Shown here: piece by piece, positions 60,704 to 64,000 of the stretch
Layout of the letters: every line of letters begins with the position of its first letter
Position numbering within the stretch: position 1 is the first letter of the stretch
Program-made: the position numbers and the translations under genes
Notes under the pieces: generated by a model
Databases searched by the model: none
Told to the model about the DNA's origin: nothing
Seen by the model: the letters and a program-made list of their open reading frames with translations, nothing else
Assembly: GCA_937967455.1 (NCBI GenBank)
Contig: CALCJK010000016.1
Location: 27,485-91,484 of the forward strand
Direction of reading: 5' to 3'
DNA from: an uncultured bacterium
GTDB taxonomy: Bacteria; Bacteroidota; Ignavibacteria; UBA10030; BY39
DNA: 64,000 bases

Positions 60704-61708
60704 ATGAAGAAACATGCCACTAAAGATGATATTCAGAATGTACTCGATCGAATTCTGGAAATGGGATATAATTACCAGATTTCTTATAGTGAAGGAAATA
60801 CATTGATAGTTGTTCTGGATAGCCAGCCAGAACTTGGTAAAGAAAAATTTATTTTTATGAAGAATGTTGATAATGTTATTCAAATAAATAAACCTTATAA
60901 ATTAACAAGCAGGGAATTTAAATCAGATAACACAGTTATTGATGTAGATGGTATAAAAATAGGCGGTGAAGAAATAGTTGTTATTGCTGGACCTTGCTCG
61001 ATTGAAAACGAAGATCAGTTAATGTTATCAGCTGAAATTGTTAAAAATGCTGGGATAAAATTTCTACGAGGTGGTGCTTTCAAACCTAGAACTAGCCCTT
61101 ACTCATTTCAGGGATTGGGAGAAGGTGGATTAAAGTTACTTGCTAAGGCAAGAGAAAAAACAGGTTTAAAAATTGTAACCGAGGTTATGGATTCAGCTGA
61201 AGTAGATATAGTTGCTGATTACGCAGATGTATTACAGATTGGTGCTCGTAATATGCAAAATACAAAATTACTTCAGATTCTAGGTAAACTTCGTAAACCC
61301 ATTTTATTGAAAAGAAGCTTTTCTGCTACATTGAACGAATTTTTATTAAGTGCAGAATATATATTGAACAAAGGAAATGAAAATGTAATCTTATGTGAGA
61401 GAGGAATCAGAACATTTGTAGAATACACACGAAATACGCTCGATTTAAATATAGTTCCGGCTATAAAACAAATTTCACACCTTCCAATTATTGTTGATCC
61501 AAGTCACGGTACGGGTAAATCAGAATATGTAATACCAATGAGTAGAGCAGCAATAGCAGCTGGTGCTGATGGTTTGCTTGTTGAAATGCATCCAAATCCT
61601 GAAAACGCAAGCTCGGATGGTGAACAATCACTAACACCTCAAAATTTAACAAAATTGGTACAAGAAATAAAAGTTATTGCCAACTCAATTGGTCGAAAGA
61701 TTTTATAA
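60704..61708 (+). CDS. 3-deoxy-7-phosphoheptulonate (DAHP) synthase, type I-beta, with N-terminal ferredoxin-like/ACT-type regulatory domain
   Basis: The core reads GPCSIENEDQ...LRGGAFKPRTSPYSFQGLG...VDPSH, which is KDO8PS/DAHPS I-beta-like. It is preceded by a roughly 70-aa N-terminal domain (KDDIQNVLDRILEMGYNYQISYSEGNTLIVV). The start is chosen at MKKH (60704). Confidence 0.8.
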   Translation: MKKHATKDDIQNVLDRILEMGYNYQISYSEGNTLIVVLDSQPELGKEKFIFMKNVDNVIQINKPYKLTSREFKSDNTVIDVDGIKIGGEEIVVIAGPCSIENEDQLMLSAEIVKNAGIKFLRGGAFKPRTSPYSFQGLGEGGLKLLAKAREKTGLKIVTEVMDSAEVDIVADYADVLQIGARNMQNTKLLQILGKLRKPILLKRSFSATLNEFLLSAEYILNKGNENVILCERGIRTFVEYTRNTLDLNIVPAIKQISHLPIIVDPSHGTGKSEYVIPMSRAAIAAGADGLLVEMHPNPENASSDGEQSLTPQNLTKLVQEIKVIANSIGRKIL

Positions 61709-61713
61709 ATCTG

Positions 61714-62433
61714 ATGATTCAATTATTAAATGTAACAAAGAAATTTAATTTAACACTCGCTGTTGATAATATTTCTCTTGAAGTGCCAGCTGGACAATTT
61801 TTAGGATTTCTTGGGCCAAATGGAGCTGGTAAAACAACAACTATTAAGATGATGACGGGACTTTTTAATCCTACTTCAGGCAGAATTGTAATAAATGGAT
61901 ATGATGTAGTTAAAAACCCAATTGAAGCTAAAATGAATATAGGATATATTCCTGACCAGCCTTATTTATACGATAAGTTAACAGGTAGGGAATACCTTTA
62001 TTTTTGTGGAGGGTTGTATAAAATTCCATTAAACAGGTTAGATAAAGTGGTGGATGACATAATAAAAATTTTTGAGATTCAAGAATGGATTGATAAAAGA
62101 ATAGAAAGTTATTCCCAGGGTATGGCGCAGAGGGTTGTTTTTGCAGCAGCATTATTGCACAATCCAAAAGTTATTATAATTGATGAACCTATGGTTGGTC
62201 TCGATCCCAGAAGTGCTAACATAATAAAAGAAATTCTAAAAGAAAAGTGTAAGCATGGTAGTGTTGTATTTATGTCCACGCATATTTTATCTGTTGCTGA
62301 AGAATTGTGCCATCGAATTGTGTTTATTAAAAATGGAAGGATTATGCTCGATTATGAAATCGAAGAATTAAAAAAAATTCAAAAGCAGAATAACCAGAAA
62401 CTTGAAGATTTTTATTTAGAATTCATTGGATAA
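61714..62433 (+). CDS. ABC transporter ATP-binding protein
   Basis: Walker A LGPNGAGKTTT, the signature-like YSQGMAQRV, and Walker B IIIDEP are present. Confidence 0.85.
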   Translation: MIQLLNVTKKFNLTLAVDNISLEVPAGQFLGFLGPNGAGKTTTIKMMTGLFNPTSGRIVINGYDVVKNPIEAKMNIGYIPDQPYLYDKLTGREYLYFCGGLYKIPLNRLDKVVDDIIKIFEIQEWIDKRIESYSQGMAQRVVFAAALLHNPKVIIIDEPMVGLDPRSANIIKEILKEKCKHGSVVFMSTHILSVAEELCHRIVFIKNGRIMLDYEIEELKKIQKQNNQKLEDFYLEFIG

Positions 62434-64000
62434 TGTTGAAAGAATTTACTCATCTTTTATTTTATAAACTAAAATCTAATCTAAAATTATCGTTTGATTT
62501 TAGTCTACAGGGATTAATAAAAAATATTGGTACATTATTTCTTTATTCAATATTTATTTACGGGGCATATAAATTTACATTTCATTCAATTAACTATTTA
62601 TTATTACAAGCTAAAGTAGGCTTATATCTTCTCCATAAATTTCTCTCAATTATATTTTTTGTTTTCTTTTTAAGTGTTCACATTGGCAATGTTATAATAT
62701 CCTATTCTACATTTTATAAATCTAAGGAAGTTTTATATCTATTTAGTAAACCTGTAAACTTCACAAATATTTTTTTATTAAAATTTTTGGATAATTTCTT
62801 TTACAGTTCTACTACATTATTGGTAATTGGTATTGCAGTAATATATGCTTATGGCAATTATTTTTTTGTTCCTATGTATTTTTATTTTGTTGTTTTAATT
62901 CTAATTTTTTTCCCATTTTTATTAATTGCAGCAACATTAGCAGTTATTATATTATTTTTATTAATTAAATTACTGAACAGATTTGAACCCCAAAAAGTAT
63001 TTCTTTCACTTATATTTGTATATATTTTAGTACTTTTAGCATATTTTAATTTATCAAGCCCTTTTACATTAGTAGAGAATGCATTGCGTTATTCAATTTC
63101 TGAGCAATCAATTTCGCAATTTGAATCTCCTTTTTTGAAATACTTACCAAATTATTGGATTTCTGAGTTTCTTTATTGGTGGGTAAAGGGAAACAAATTA
63201 GTGAGTATTTATTATGCGTTATTAGTTTTCTCTATCTCGGTGTTGATGCTTTTGTTTGTTTGTTATCTTGCTTCAATTTATTATCGGAAAAGTTTTTTAA
63301 TTTTGCAGGATCTCAATATTTTTTCCATTAGATCAGGAATTAAAAAAAATATATTTCGGAAACAAATATTTTCAGATATTCAACAAGATGTTATTTTAAA
63401 AAAAGAGTTTCTTCAATTTTTCAGAGAGCCAAGCCAATGGTTACATTTATTGATTATGATATTATTTATGTCACTGTTTTGTATTAGTATAATGAACTAT
63501 GAATATAAAACAAGTGATCCAATTTTAAAGACAGTCTCTTATATTTCTATTTTTATTTTTGTTGCTTTTTTAATTGCTTCACTATCTTTAAGATTTATTT
63601 TTCCAGCTTTGAGTATTGAGTATAAAAACTTTTGGAAAATAAAGTCAGCCCCTCTTAATATCAACAAATTTTATATAATGAAATTATTTTATTATGCAAT
63701 TCCAACCATTCTGTTAGCAGTATTATTAATATTATTTTCACATTTGCAATTTATGAAATATACATTATTGTTTAAAATTTCATTAATTTCGATATTAATA
63801 ACATCATTTGTTCTGACTGTTATAAATTATTCGAGCGGTGGTTATTTTGTTAATTATTCTGAAAAAAGTGCAGTTAGGATTGCTTCTACTCAAGCGGCTT
63901 CTTTAGTTTTTTTACTGAGTTTGATTTATATGGGGATTGTATCACTATTTTTATCAATAACGGCATATAAGTATTTTGAAGCTTTGAAATTAAATATGAT
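62433..64000 (+). CDS. polytopic ABC-exporter permease-like membrane protein, 3'-truncated by the window edge
   Basis: An ATG overlaps the upstream stop (TAATG). The frame then stays open for more than 520 codons to the end of the window. The translation is very hydrophobic, with many predicted TM segments. This ORF is absent from the track because it has no stop in the window. Confidence 0.5.
   Translation, partial: MLKEFTHLLFYKLKSNLKLSFDFSLQGLIKNIGTLFLYSIFIYGAYKFTFHSINYLLLQAKVGLYLLHKFLSIIFFVFFLSVHIGNVIISYSTFYKSKEVLYLFSKPVNFTNIFLLKFLDNFFYSSTTLLVIGIAVIYAYGNYFFVPMYFYFVVLILIFFPFLLIAATLAVIILFLLIKLLNRFEPQKVFLSLIFVYILVLLAYFNLSSPFTLVENALRYSISEQSISQFESPFLKYLPNYWISEFLYWWVKGNKLVSIYYALLVFSISVLMLLFVCYLASIYYRKSFLILQDLNIFSIRSGIKKNIFRKQIFSDIQQDVILKKEFLQFFREPSQWLHLLIMILFMSLFCISIMNYEYKTSDPILKTVSYISIFIFVAFLIASLSLRFIFPALSIEYKNFWKIKSAPLNINKFYIMKLFYYAIPTILLAVLLILFSHLQFMKYTLLFKISLISILITSFVLTVINYSSGGYFVNYSEKSAVRIASTQAASLVFLLSLIYMGIVSLFLSITAYKYFEALKLNM

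Overview
This is a low-GC (roughly one-third G+C) bacterial chromosomal segment with densely packed genes and two tRNA genes. It contains no rRNA, CRISPR array, transposase or integrase. Three things point to an anaerobic or microaerophilic FCB-group organism (Ignavibacteriota/Bacteroidota-like): four tandem T9SS C-terminal-sorting-domain cargo genes, futalosine-route menaquinone genes, and rubrerythrin.

The gene content, in order along the window, is:
- 2-448: a 5'-truncated lipoprotein gene.
- 507-580: tRNA-Arg(ACG).
- 605-4622: a tightly coupled plus-strand operon encoding a receiver-pseudokinase hybrid, a CheY-like receiver, a double zinc-ribbon protein, an atypical GspE/PilB-family ATPase, and TadA.
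- 4751-16779: a ~12 kb island of four large T9SS-secreted proteins. One carries eight tandem ~58-aa repeats and one carries an M14 carboxypeptidase domain.
- 16922-26761: a housekeeping block with tRNA-Arg(CCT), proS, an aldehyde dehydrogenase, dnaE, trxA and valS.
- 26788-34301: a giant M23 peptidase, an FAH-family hydrolase, purM, a GAF sensor kinase and glnA.
- 34439-39575: an uncharacterised two-gene module built around a tandem BadF/BadG/BcrA/BcrD (HgdC-like) ATPase with a Cys-rich partner.
- 39590-48257: prmC, dtd, comEC, a B12-domain-less acyl-CoA mutase subunit and guaA.
- 48265-61708: a futalosine-pathway menaquinone supercluster. It holds UbiA-like, UbiX and UbiD-like genes; a radical-SAM Mqn gene that carries an MqnA-like C-terminal extension; a second radical-SAM Mqn gene; and pabB/pabC-like genes. 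On the minus strand there is a menG-mqnD-MBL operon, and divergently a DAHP synthase.
- 61714-64000: an ABC exporter ATPase followed by a permease that runs off the window.

The most interesting candidates are the HgdC-like double-ATPase module, the receiver/pseudokinase-PilB-like ATPase operon, the radical-SAM Mqn protein fused to an MqnA-like domain, and the repeat-rich T9SS cargo island. All domain assignments rest on motif recognition by eye. No searches were run.
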